NCBI RefSeq assembly: GCF_001194135.2
Contig: NC_068998.1
Coordinates: 50,291,995 to 50,340,503 of the forward strand
Direction: 5' to 3'
Origin: Octopus bimaculoides
Lineage: Eukaryota
Length of the DNA: 48,509 nucleotides
Position numbers and translations under genes: made by a program. The notes below the pieces were generated by a model. That model did not search any database. It was not told where the DNA came from and saw only the letters and a program-made list of their open reading frames with translations. Shown piece by piece: positions 11,681 to 23,337 of this stretch. Every line of letters starts with the position of its first letter. Position 1 is the stretch's first letter.

Positions 11681-11769
11681 TTAAGCATTTTCTCTCATAG
11701 TCTGCATCAAAGTATTCGTAACATTCTGATTCGATGTGATCCATACAGGAACGTATCATGGAGAGACGA
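11681..11769 (-). CDS. G2 exon 3 (B1): RLSMIRSCMDHIESECYEYFDADYERKCL, second half of Cys module 1
   Basis: ttttctttatattgtcag|T CGT CTC TCC ATG...TGC TTA A|gtaag. 89 nt, phase 2 to 1. Confidence 0.9.
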
Positions 11770-11894
11770 CTGACAATATAAAGAAAAGCGAGATGTTACA
11801 TTTTAAAGGAAATATTTAAACTGTCTGTGTATTTGACTTACGCTCTCAGCGCATCTGCCTCACTAGCTACGTATCGTACTGTCGACACACACAC

Positions 11895-11926
<32 letters not shown>

Positions 11927-12152
11927 NNNNNNNNNNNNNNNNNNNNNNNNNNNNNNNNNNNNNNNNNNNNNNNNNNNNNNNNNNNNNNNNNNNNNNNNNN
12001 NNNNNNNNNNNNNNNNNNNNNNNNNNNNNNNNNNNNNNNNNNNNNNNNNNNNNNNNNNNNNNNNNNNNNNNNNNNNNNNNNNNNNNNNNNNNNNNNNNNN
12101 NNNNNNNNNNNNNNNNNNNNNNNNNNNNNNNNNNNNNNNNNNNNNNNNNNNN

Positions 12153-12184
<32 letters not shown>

Positions 12185-12737
12185 TGTGTGTGAGAGAATA
12201 TTTATGCGCATGTTACTTCTTTGATGACGTCTAGTACTGAAAAGCTAAGTCGATTATAGTGTTCCAGCATTTCACTCACACTGGATTAATGTTGGTTATT
12301 TTTCCTGAAAATTGTCTGTGCAAATAATGCGGAAAATATTCAAGCATAAAATCATGCAACTGCTTAATCGAAAGCCAGTATCTATGCGTTTTCCTCTTCC
12401 ATATTTATAAACGTCGCCTTTATAATTTATGGCATATCATACGCAGAAATGCACAGATAAATATAAATATGTGTGTGTGTGTTTGTAAGTGTGCGGGCGT
12501 ACATGCGTGCGCATATGTGTGGTTTTATATTTATATGTCTATGACTTATCTTTTTGATTTGATAGTATTCAAGTCCTTGTATTTTTTTTGCTTGCGTTTT
12601 TAATAACAGATCCGAAATATGAAGTGAATTTTTTGCACATCACCCACGATGTTTCTCAACTCTACCGACCTTAAACGGTACAGAAAAAAATATTCCAAAT
12701 AATGGTTATAGTAGATTTGCTAATACATCAGACATAC

Positions 12738-12840
12738 CTGCACATTTTCTTGATTGTATCTACTTTTGGGTAGGTTCCCATGGCATCAAGACATTTTTCT
12801 TTTGCTTCATCTTCACATTTCTTATCTGATAGAACAGCAC
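12738..12840 (-). CDS. G2 exon 2 (A1): (G)AVLSDKKCEDEAKEKCLDAMGTYPKVDTIKKMC(S), end of signal peptide plus first half of Cys module 1
   Basis: ttaacttgccttctag|GT GCT GTT...ATG TGC AG|gtatgt. 103 nt, phase 1 to 2. Confidence 0.9.
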
Positions 12841-12949
12841 CTAGAAGGCAAGTTAATTTACTTAGTTTTGAAATTCCTTAATAAAATGTAAACACCAAGC
12901 AAAACAATCTAAACATTTACACGCATTATAATGGACGCAAAATTAGGAC

Positions 12950-12998
<49 letters not shown>

Positions 12999-13893
12999 NN
13001 NNNNNNNNNNNNNNNNNNNNNNNNNNNNNNNNNNNNNNNNNNNNNNNNNNNNNNNNNNNNNNNNNNNNNNNNNNNNNNNNNNNNNNNNNNNNNNNNNNNN
13101 NNNNNNNNNNNNNNNNNNNNNNNNNNNNNNNNNNNNNNNNNNNNNNNNNNNNNNNNNNNNNNNNNNNNNNNNNNNNNNNNNNNNNNNNNNNNNNNNNNNN
13201 NNNNNNNNNNNNNNNNNNNNNNNNNNNNNNNNNNNNNNNNNNNNNNNNNNNNNNNNNNNNNNNNNNNNNNNNNNNNNNNNNNNNNNNNNNNNNNNNNNNN
13301 NNNNNNNNNNNNNNNNNNNNNNNNNNNNNNNNNNNNNNNNNNNNNNNNNNNNNNNNNNNNNNNNNNNNNNNNNNNNNNNNNNNNNNNNNNNNNNNNNNNN
13401 NNNNNNNNNNNNNNNNNNNNNNNNNNNNNNNNNNNNNNNNNNNNNNNNNNNNNNNNNNNNNNNNNNNNNNNNNNNNNNNNNNNNNNNNNNNNNNNNNNNN
13501 NNNNNNNNNNNNNNNNNNNNNNNNNNNNNNNNNNNNNNNNNNNNNNNNNNNNNNNNNNNNNNNNNNNNNNNNNNNNNNNNNNNNNNNNNNNNNNNNNNNN
13601 NNNTAAACATTTACACGCATTATAATGGACGCAAAATTAGGACGTTTATATATATATATACGTAAATCATTTTACATGCGTGTGGTGGTGTATGCATATG
13701 TGTGTGTGCGGAATGTGTTGCACTCCCTTAATAAGCCAAATGGAAACGAAATGATACTCTACTAAAAGTGCTTTGGGGAGGATCCGTTTAAGTCATCTTT
13801 CCATGTCATGCATATATCGAGAGCACATTTATGACTATAGATATACATGTGCGGGTGAGTGTGTATGAGTGTGTATGTGTATATATATATATG

Positions 13894-13932
<39 letters not shown>

Positions 13933-14016
13933 AAGTGTAAATATGACTATGTATGTACGTGTGTACGTATGTACATATATATGTGTACTTATTTAAAGAA
14001 ACGGTAAGAAAAGAAT

Positions 14017-14120
14017 GAAAGAAAGAAAGAAAAAGCAAAGAAAGAAAGAAAGAAAGAAAGAAATAAGGAAAAAAGGAAAGAAAGTAAAAAGAAAGATGGA
14101 AAGAGACAAAGAAAAAAATA

Positions 14121-14156
<36 letters not shown>

Positions 14157-14160
14157 AACG
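14017..14160. repeat. (AAAG)n-type purine microsatellite
   Basis: Directly visible. It explains the FLSF-rich ORFs in the track. Confidence 0.95.
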
Positions 14161-14303
14161 AAGTGAAAGGAACGAATGAAATGGGAGAAGATTCGCAAGG
14201 AGAATTCTTTGTTTTCAATGTCAGCATTTAGGAAAAAATATAGACAATCACGTCCAATCAGGAAGATTAAACTTCATGACTGCTACTACTTCTAGGAACT
14301 TAC

Positions 14304-14340
14304 CGAAGAGCGCGAAACAGAGAAACACGATTGATTTCAT
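14304..14340 (-). CDS. G2 exon 1: signal peptide MKSIVFLCFALF-G. The full G2 product is a 147-aa secreted protein with two 6-Cys modules
   Basis: ATG AAA TCA ATC GTG TTT CTC TGT TTC GCG CTC TTC G|gtaagt, 37 nt. The joined CDS of 37+103+89+103+89+23=444 nt is one uninterrupted frame. Confidence 0.88.
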
Positions 14341-14410
14341 CCTTCGTCTTTTAGAAAACAATATAGAAGTTAAGGGTATATAGAGACAGTAATCCTGGGT
14401 TATACACGTC

Positions 14411-14447
14411 TTATATATATATTCATGAAATACTCAGCAGATGTTCA
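14411..14447 (-). promoter_or_regulatory. G2 core promoter: TATATAA (14411-14417) and E-box TGAACATCTG (14438-14447)
   Basis: TATATAAGAC lies about 70 nt upstream of the ATG, with an E-box at a position equivalent to G1 and G3. Confidence 0.7.
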
Positions 14448-15136
14448 AGCTCACCGGCTTGGTATAAAATGTATGTTTTAAACAATTATAGACCGGATCA
14501 ATTCTTTGAGATATATTTCTAAGGTTTATAGTGTTTTGCAAAAGAAAAACAAAAAAGAAACTATAAAGTCGTCTCTTGGTTAGCGATATTTTATTTTCTT
14601 TCGTTGTAATATTTTATTTCATTTTTCTTTTGAAAATGCCAGTTGAAACCCGTGTGCCTAGCTATAGATTTCTCAATACACAAAAATGGATTTACAATAA
14701 CATTTGCAAGTAATTATATATATATATACTTATGCATATAAGTATGTATCTATATATTTCTCTCCTCATATATGCATACACATGTCCGTATGCATATAGA
14801 TATGTGTGTGTGTGTGAGTACCCACACAAAAAGGATGAGATCAAATATTGTACAAGATTTCGTAGTCTGCTAATGTAAAGTTGCTATCCAACAAAATAGT
14901 TTTTAAGTGTACATTATTCATTATTATTATTTTCTACTTCCTTTAAACACACACGCGCATATATATATATATATATATATTATTCATTTAAAATACATTT
15001 AAAATACAGAGATGCCTGTAATAGGACATCTAACCCGCTAGAAATAGCAGCAAGACTACATACCACAAAAAGTAGGGATAATTTCGAAAGGGAATGAAAA
15101 ATAAAAACATTTACCGATCTATATTCTGTACCATGG

Positions 15137-15177
<41 letters not shown>

Positions 15178-16920
15178 TGTATATGTATATGTATATGTAT
15201 ATGTATGTACGTACGTACGTACGTACGTATGTATGCATGTATGTATGTATGTATGCATTTATACGTAGAGAGAGGCAGAAAAACATGCAGAAAGGAAAAA
15301 TATTCTTTTTTAATATAATGCCAACGCAAAATTTTGCAGTGTTACTAAATAAATTTAACACATTCTAGCATAAAGAATTTTTGATATCTTTCAAAGGATA
15401 TTGTATTTATTTGGTTGGCGTTTATTTTAATGTTGATAAAGTTACACTGCAACGGTTTCACACACTTTATTCCGCACGACGCCTACGGTTAGACATTAGT
15501 CTTCCTTTGATCGCAAATGAATAAGCCATTTGTACTTTATTGCGACAGTAATTTCAATTTATTCGTGATGTAGAGAGGTAGATTGAAATAGTAACATGAA
15601 ACAGTAAATATTTATTTATAAACGTAAAAGATATTTCAGTGTCACCGCCACGCTAACTCATGTCTATAATGAATCTAATATAAGTTTATTTGTGGAACCG
15701 AACTCTGCCAGTGTCGCCAATGATCGCTTCTCATTAAGTCGTGCGTCAAATCTGCGTCGACACGCCGCCATGTCATACGTACTGTAGTTTCTGTACACAG
15801 GAAGGGCAAGTAACAATGTAATATTTGGTTTGATTTTGAACTCTGAATGTAATTTACTAGAATCTATACTATAATATATTGCGTCACACTCTCTACTAGT
15901 TCTGTTATACAAACGCCCACACATCTACTTATTCAAAATTTCACAAGTCTCAAGAAAAAACATTAAAGAACAAAATATTGATTAAATATTGTTCTGGGAT
16001 AAATGCTGTATGTTAATCTGTTTATTTAAACCAGCTAAAATACGAATTTACAGCCAGCTATGAATAAAAGTCACACATATAAATGAAAACCTTTAAAAAG
16101 TAGAATGTTGAATGCGTTGTGTCCCAAAATAAGATATATAAAATAAGCTATCGCAGAGAGACACACGTTTTCTACTTTGTAAGTGCAATTTTTTTTTTGT
16201 TTATAATCTTGACAGAATCCGGTAGCAGACCAAACTAAATTATATATTTCCGATCAGGAACTCAACATCAGTCGTATATACGTACACATATACGTGTCAT
16301 ATGAGATGCTATTTATTTAAGTGAATAGTTATTCATATAACAATGCTGGAGAGAGAAACAGTTACTAAAATACGAACTGACCTATTGGACTATTATCAAA
16401 TAAATAAAGATTTAGAAATAAGTGAAATTAAAACGCAGTATACAACTTTTTCATTCCGTAATATAGTCTTGCTGTAATATATTTAACATATTTGAAACGG
16501 AAATTTTAGTATCATTTTCAAAGACAAAATCTTTAGTAAGATACAAGGGTACCGCCGTTACTGTGACAGGTAGGCAAGAAGTGGAGAAAAATACAATAAA
16601 CAGAATAAAATAGAATAAAACAGGATAAGGCATCATAAAGTGGAGAAATGAAGGAAATGAAAGAAAGTGAAACAAAATAGAAGACAACCGAGTTAGTAGA
16701 GAACATGAGGGTTTATTTTCTGCAATAAGTTGATAGATATATGTTGCGATGGTGAATTGCACGAAACGTTGAAAATTGTTTAGCAATTGTGAATATTCAG
16801 TGTAAAAAGGAAATATCCTATTTTTAAATTGTATCGCTCTATTTATGTATGTCTGCATGTATATATCTCTTTATCTGTTTATCTATATTATTCTTTCTCT
16901 CTTTCTCATTCCATCTCAGA

Positions 16921-17015
<95 letters not shown>

Positions 17016-17060
17016 TGTGCGTGTGTGTGTGTATGTGTGTGTGTGTGTGTGTGTATGTGT
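16921..17060. repeat. (TA)n(TG)n compound microsatellite
   Basis: Directly visible. Confidence 0.95.
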
Positions 17061-17339
17061 ATATGTACGTATATATTATACATAGATATATTTATATAGA
17101 ATTTCATTTATATATTTAGAAGCACACGTATGACTATGTGTTAATGCTCACCTACACGTGCATGAGAGCGTGTGCATGTTTTTATGAATATGTATATGCA
17201 TACGACAACCAAATATCATTGACAAATTATTATTTAATAATGCAACGGATGTTGTTTCTAATAAGAGATGAAACCATGTTAGGATTTTAATTTACTTGAT
17301 TGGAAGACAACACCAAAGAGAAACTACAAATCACAGGTT

Positions 17340-17424
17340 GACATAAAAATATGTTTTATTTCATTTTCCGATTACATTACATTAATTTCCATATACAAAA
17401 CAAGGTTTTACTTTGAAGGTAGAC
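17340..17424 (-). other. G3 putative non-coding terminal (3' UTR) exon with poly(A) signal at 17355-17360
   Basis: Strong acceptor cattattttcttgtatttttcag| at 17425. GAAATAAAACA occurs about 65 nt in, as in G2. The 3' end is approximate. Confidence 0.5.
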
Positions 17425-17489
17425 CTGAAAAATACAAGAAAATAATGTTATGTGAATATATGTATGCATGCATGTATATATGTATGTAC

Positions 17490-17567
17490 AGAGAGAGAGA
17501 CAGGCAGACAGACAGTCAGACTGACAGACAGACAGACAGACTGAGAGACAGACAGACAGACAGACAG

Positions 17568-17665
<98 letters not shown>
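17490..17665. repeat. (CAGA)n(TAGA)n microsatellite
   Basis: Directly visible. Confidence 0.95.
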
Positions 17666-18125
17666 GTGTATAATTGTGTGTGTGTGTTATATGGTGGATT
17701 TATTTGATGAATAATAACTATATATAAGGACAATGATTATTAGGTTTCACGATTTAGAACTTAACATTGTAATTCATATATAAACAGCGTTTTTATTTAT
17801 TCTTAGAGCCATTAATCGCGCAATATTCTAGCAGGAACGCATATTGCAGAGTATATAAAATTGTTTTACTGCTAGAGTCGTGCTACTGATTACATTGTAA
17901 TATGGCTGTGGGTATCTTCCGATGTCACTCAATATGAAAACATAGAGGAATACTTTTACTTCTTTAAATATATACAAAAAAGAAAAAGAAAAGATTTGGA
18001 ACTAAATCTGGTATTTGATTTCGCCACAACGAAAGACCGAAAGGTTCTAAATATTATCCCAAAACTAATGTTTATGCTATCATAGTGATACAATGGTTGT
18101 ACTTACATATTTACACAAGAGATAT

Positions 18126-18142
18126 TTAGTTGTAGCCAGCAA
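18126..18142 (-). CDS. G3 exon 4 coding part: (V)AGYN-stop; the exon continues to a donor at 18107
   Basis: ttttcctctttttcatttcag|TT GCT GGC TAC AAC TAA atatctcttgtgtaaatat|gtaagt. Phase 1, parallel to G2 exon 6. Confidence 0.72.
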
Positions 18143-18244
18143 CTGAAATGAAAAAGAGGAAAACATAATGAATTTGTAAGTTACAGAAATTAAAAACAAT
18201 CTGATCTTAGCAAGTATTCCTGTGTGATTAAGAAATTCGTTAAT

Positions 18245-18420
18245 CAATTACAACCGGTGCTGGTGGGTTAAGTCCCCGTATCTTAGCATTTCGATGGAAG
18301 AGACCGATAGACGTAAGAGGCTCAAAAAAAAAATAAGACTGTGCACTTGGATTTATACGTTCGACTAAGATGTTTCAAGATGGTGCCCCAATATGGCCTC
18401 ACTCTAATGAATGAAACACT
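18245..18420 (+). mobile_element. SINE family A 3' half (diverged), in G3 intron 3
   Basis: acaaccggtgctggtgggttaagtccccgtatcttagc...gagaccgatag...ttcgactaag...ggtgccccaatatggcc. Confidence 0.65.
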
Positions 18421-19498
18421 TTGGATACAAAAATGTAATATCTATAGTTACATAACAGCTTAAGAGATTAAGAGTAGGGATGTAATAGATTCCGATGTAG
18501 CTACAAGGCCAACAGAAAGCTTAAGCGCTTCTACGTTCACGCAGACTGAGCTGTAGGAGTAATAGACAACAATTAGTGTAATAATTCATCACAATAACAT
18601 TAACATAGTTATTGTGATTACATACTCAAAATTAGAAAGCAAGAAATTAAGCGCAATAATTTTGATTTCAAATTTTGTTAAGTGGATAAGATGATTCAGT
18701 TAATTCCAGAGTTTAATTTCTTCCTATTTTATCGACCCCACCCGCCAAAAATAAAAGGCAACTTGATGTTGGTAGAATTTGAAGTCAGAACGTGAATAGT
18801 CATGAGATGCCTCTAAACATCTATTAAATTTGGTAGATAATTATTAACATACCGGATGAAAAGGAAACAATCAATAGAATATAATAACGAGGTAATAAAA
18901 GAATAATATGAACGATAACACACAAGATATTTTTCTAATTGTTCCGTCTCTAGGGAATGGAAATATTCAAGAAATTATAAAAATGAGGGTCGTGTCTTAT
19001 AACCAATTACTGGATAATAATATAAATTGCAATATTGTTTACGAATAAATAGGATACGACATGCGTAGACCATTACATTTGAGAAAATCATACCATTAGT
19101 ATGATCATTATTCTGTCATTTGTTTGGTAATTAATTGTAAATAAATCAAATAGAAAATCGAAACCTGATTTAGAAACAATAAAATGCAAATTATGCAATG
19201 ATGGCTAAAGAATACAAATAAGCTAATTACTCGTGTTGTTGCATAAATACATAACTTGAACGTGGTAAAGGAGTAACGATGAAAGTAAATGCAGTAGAAC
19301 GGTAAGTATAAATGACGTTGGCATTTTTCCGCAGAGAATATATCATATATTATTAGTCAGACAGAAAGATTTGCTGCATGGTTTAAAGAGAGAATTATGT
19401 GTTATTTTTTGTAGACATTTCAGTCAACCATACATTCATACATACACACATACATCATACAATCATATATACATACATTCACAGACATATATAATGTA

Positions 19499-19553
<55 letters not shown>

Positions 19554-21199
19554 AACATATGCATATACATACACACATAGGTATGTATATGTATATATGC
19601 GTGTAAGTGTGTGCGTGTGTGTGTATGTGTATATGTGTGTCTTTGCTTATGTTTACATGTGTATGCAATATAAAATGAACAATGAAAAGGCAACACAAAA
19701 AAGCAATTTTAGGAAAGATGGTGTTAATCTAATGTTTGAATAGGAAGAATTTGTCTTCCCAGACAGACAGAAACTATACACAACAGTAATCACAAATACA
19801 CACAAATACGTGTATGTGTGTGTGTGTCTTTAAGTATGCGCTTTATTTCTCTGACAAAGCGAAACTTAGTAATAGTTTGGCAATCGCACAAGTGATATAT
19901 TGGTGTGGCGGGGAGAATACACAATATAATTTCATGTGCATATATATATAATATGCTGTATAAACACTGAATAGACACTGAGTAAGAAGAATATATTTTT
20001 TTACAAAAGAAAGTGATCGAAATAAAACAAGACGCCATTACAGATGCATAATGATGTCATAAGAATCCCAAAGCAGGTAAGAAACATTTGTAAGGAGTTA
20101 AACTTTTCTCAGTACTACGAGGTTGTTTGATATAAAGTTATTATGGAAAATTGCAGAGAGTGTCTCCTCTGCTCCGATCATGTTATTAAGATAGTTTTTT
20201 TCTTTTAATTCTCTTAGCAAATGCGTGCAGTAACTAGTAAATTACAGTAGTGTTTCGGACAGCTTTCAAAAATAATCTTTTGAATAATACTGGAAGATAT
20301 ATTTATTTATGTCAACAGCAGTTCATTGGAGATTTACTGTAGTAATACATCATTATCGTTTTCATTGGACATTTAATAATAAATAATCTAGTCGGATACC
20401 AAAGGATACTGAATGATGCCACATCTAATATAGGGAGATCAGACAAAGATGATGTACTGTCCACACAATAAAATATTAAGATCTCAGGAAGCAGCGTTTC
20501 TTTAAATTATTTATCTTTGTTAATACTGATTATAGCACATGGTGTAGTGGTTACAGTTTTGAGGGTTAACATCCGTAATGTCAAGAGAATATGATACGTT
20601 CAGTGTTAAACAGATACTAAGTTTTGCTATTGATCAAGGTACTGCAATTACTGTTGATTCAAACTACATAGCTGAATATGACGAGTAGAAATATACTGAC
20701 ACGGACGCTCAGTCTCCATGTTACATCCTCGATGTTCTGCTAGCTTTGAGTGAGAGCGACGTAATGAACTAATCAAATTTTAGGATTAATTTATTACATT
20801 GAGTCGAGTGCTCGGATGGTATTTTTTTTTTCACAACCTGTAAAAACGAAAGTGAAAGTGGTTTAACTTAGCACATACATACCAGTCCTATGCTGGTACT
20901 TTATGTTAGGATGAAAGGTAATGTTGACTTAAATCCGGTTTTAAATAAGAAAGTGAAGAACCAAGAGAAATGGCGTTAGCAATTTGTTCGACGCCCTAAC
21001 GAATTTGCCAGGCCGTCGCCGCAAGGATTTCATAAATTTGCTCAACGCCAGCAATATAGTGCGGTGTGGGGGACTATATTCGATCACGTCGGATAGTGTG
21101 TTCAGCTGCTGTTTATCTTATCGAAAAACAAATTAGACGTCAGCAGAAATTGAAGTATGAAAGTAAAGAACCGACGGCGTTAGTAAATAAAGTTCTTAC

Positions 21200-21288
21200 C
21201 GCTACATTCCATTTCCATAACATCATTGAAGTATCTTTGGCATCCTGCGTCTTTAGGTTTCATGCAGGAGCGGAACATGTGCAGACGA
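21200..21288 (-). CDS. G3 exon 3 (B): RLHMFRSCMKPKDAGCQRYFNDVMEMECS
   Basis: ataatttcttcatttatag|T CGT CTG CAC ATG...TGT AGC G|gtaag. 89 nt, phase 2 to 1, with 17/29 aa identical to G2 B2. Confidence 0.9.
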
Positions 21289-21560
21289 CTATAAATGAAG
21301 AAATTATCATGTTATTACATTTTGAAGTGTTTCTGTATAATGTATTTCAACAGTGAATCTTGTTTTAATATTGCAATTTCATTTCAGCAACTTTCATTAT
21401 ATTCTTTCCTAGATTATTTATTCATAAATAGTCATAGATGTCAGTTTCTATAAACAATCGGATTTTTTGACTGATATATAAACCACGTCTACGCATTATT
21501 CCTTTACGAATCTCTTACATATTTATCTCTCTCTACTCACTTTCATACTAATATATATCT

Positions 21561-21701
21561 TATTTACATTTGACGGATATTTGTCCTCATCTTGTTTGTT
21601 GTTAACACAACGTTTCGGCTGATATACCCTCCAATCTTCAACAGGTGTCTTGGGGAAATTTCGAACCTGGGTTCTCATTCCTGAGGTATTTTTCAATGTT
21701 G

Positions 21702-21740
<39 letters not shown>

Positions 21741-21813
21741 TCACTGCCTGGACGCGAACTCGGAATCTTGGGGTTAGTAGCCCGCGCTCTTAGCCACTGC
21801 GCCATATGCCCGT
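21561..21813 (-). mobile_element. tRNA-derived SINE family D with (AAT)n spacer and Penelope-like 3' tail
   Basis: Minus head acgggcatatggcgcagtggctaagagcgcgggctactaaccccaagattccgagttcgcgtcc (boxes A and B); tail cctgttgaagattggagggtatatcagccgaaacgttgtg. Confidence 0.7.
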
Positions 21814-23337
21814 AATATATACCTTGTATCTTAATATTCTTTTATACGAGGACATTTTTATCGACATTTACTTTGCCATGAACATGCAGTGTAGTGCTTG
21901 TGTTCTTATCTTATGTTAAATTTTCATCGGTAGTTACATTGTATCAACATGGGATGTGGCGTTACTTAAGACAGTATAGCTTCGATAGCCATACTTTCGT
22001 GATAAACACCTGGCTATGTGCTATATTACATTTTCGAGACGTCCATTCTCTAACACATGCCGAAAACTATTCAAATACACTGATGTTATAGACAAAGAGA
22101 AATTACATAAGAATGAAGAACTACCAGAGATACTGGGGTACAGGTGTGCTTGACGTACCCTAGGTAACCCATGTTGGTTTTAACTTCTTCAGATGCCGGA
22201 ATGTACTAACATGAAATTGCGGCTCCCGAATTGCTTCTTGGGTAACCTGCGACGCAGGTAGAGATTATAATTAGCACTATAATGTGAATGTTTTTGTTTG
22301 TAATATTACTTAACCGGAAATTTATCACAAACACAGGGCATCCATGATCATGTTATCTTGCAAACTCCTGATCGAATTTGATACAGTGACAATCAGTCAT
22401 TGCCTTAAATCGTTTTTGAAAAATGTTTTCTCTGGAAGAATGTTAAGTACGATGAAGCGAAATTATATAAGCAATCTTGGTGATATAACAAATCTCAAAT
22501 AACGCTAATTGGATATTTATATATCCAAATAAAATGGAAAATTATCCAAAATATAATGTAGGGACAAGAAGCGGAAACAAATTTTATTATAATCTTCTGA
22601 ATGATTATAAACTTGAGGATATATGCATAACAAAATTCCAAACTAATGACAAATATACCAGTGTATGCAAAATATCGTTAGCAGTAAATGTACACGTAAT
22701 ATTTAGAGTAACGTCCATACTATGGAAGGCACACAACAAAAGAAAACCGTATCAAAAGCGGACAACAGATTTGTAAACCATTGTGAAACTGAGATTGCGA
22801 AGAAATAATAATACAAATAATATATTCATAGAAAATATCTAGAGATAAATGACGTGTGGATTTTATATTAAAATCAAACTTACCGACATGTCTGGATTTT
22901 AGTACTAGGATTAGGGAAGGTGCTCATGGCATCCAGACAGATTTTCTTGGCTTTGTCGGTACATTGGTGGGACAAAGCAGAACCTTAAATTAAAAATGTG
23001 TAGACTTCAGTTAGTTAATTTTTTACTTATAAACTTGTAGTAAAATAATACACCATACTTAAAAATTGCGCGTAAAATGTATTTCTTAATGTTAAGAATA
23101 TATTTCATTTTAATCCTGATCTTGAAGGTTAATCCGCGATTTATCTGTAGCAATTTATACTAAATTATCTGTTTTAATCATATATACGTCACGTGCCCGT
23201 AATATATGCCTTGTATCTTAATATTCTTTTATACGAGGACATTTTTATCGACATTTACTTTGCCATGAAAATGCAATGTAGTGCTTGAGTTCTTATCTTA
23301 TATTAAATTATCATCGGTAGTTACATTGTATCAACAT
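21807..23337 (+). repeat. 144-bp direct repeat pair (21807-21950 and 23194-23337) flanking G3 exon 2
   Basis: Ungapped comparison gives about 6 mismatches in 144 nt. Confidence 0.9.
22884..22983 (-). CDS. G3 exon 2 (A): (G)SALSHQCTDKAKKICLDAMSTFPNPSTKIQTC(R)
   Basis: cacatttttaatttaag|GT TCT GCT...ACA TGT CG|gtaagt. 100 nt, phase 1 to 2, with the same Cys spacing as the G2 A exons. Confidence 0.9.

Noticed and set aside
16451-16566. Exon-like VTAVPLYLTKDF... as G3 terminal coding exon
   Set aside because: The 18107-18142 exon has stronger splice sites, lies closer, and parallels G2 exon 6. This could at most be a rare alternative.
21752-21813. tRNA-like sequence as a real tRNA gene
   Set aside because: It is the head of a SINE: degenerate box B and stems, and it continues into a repeat body and tail.
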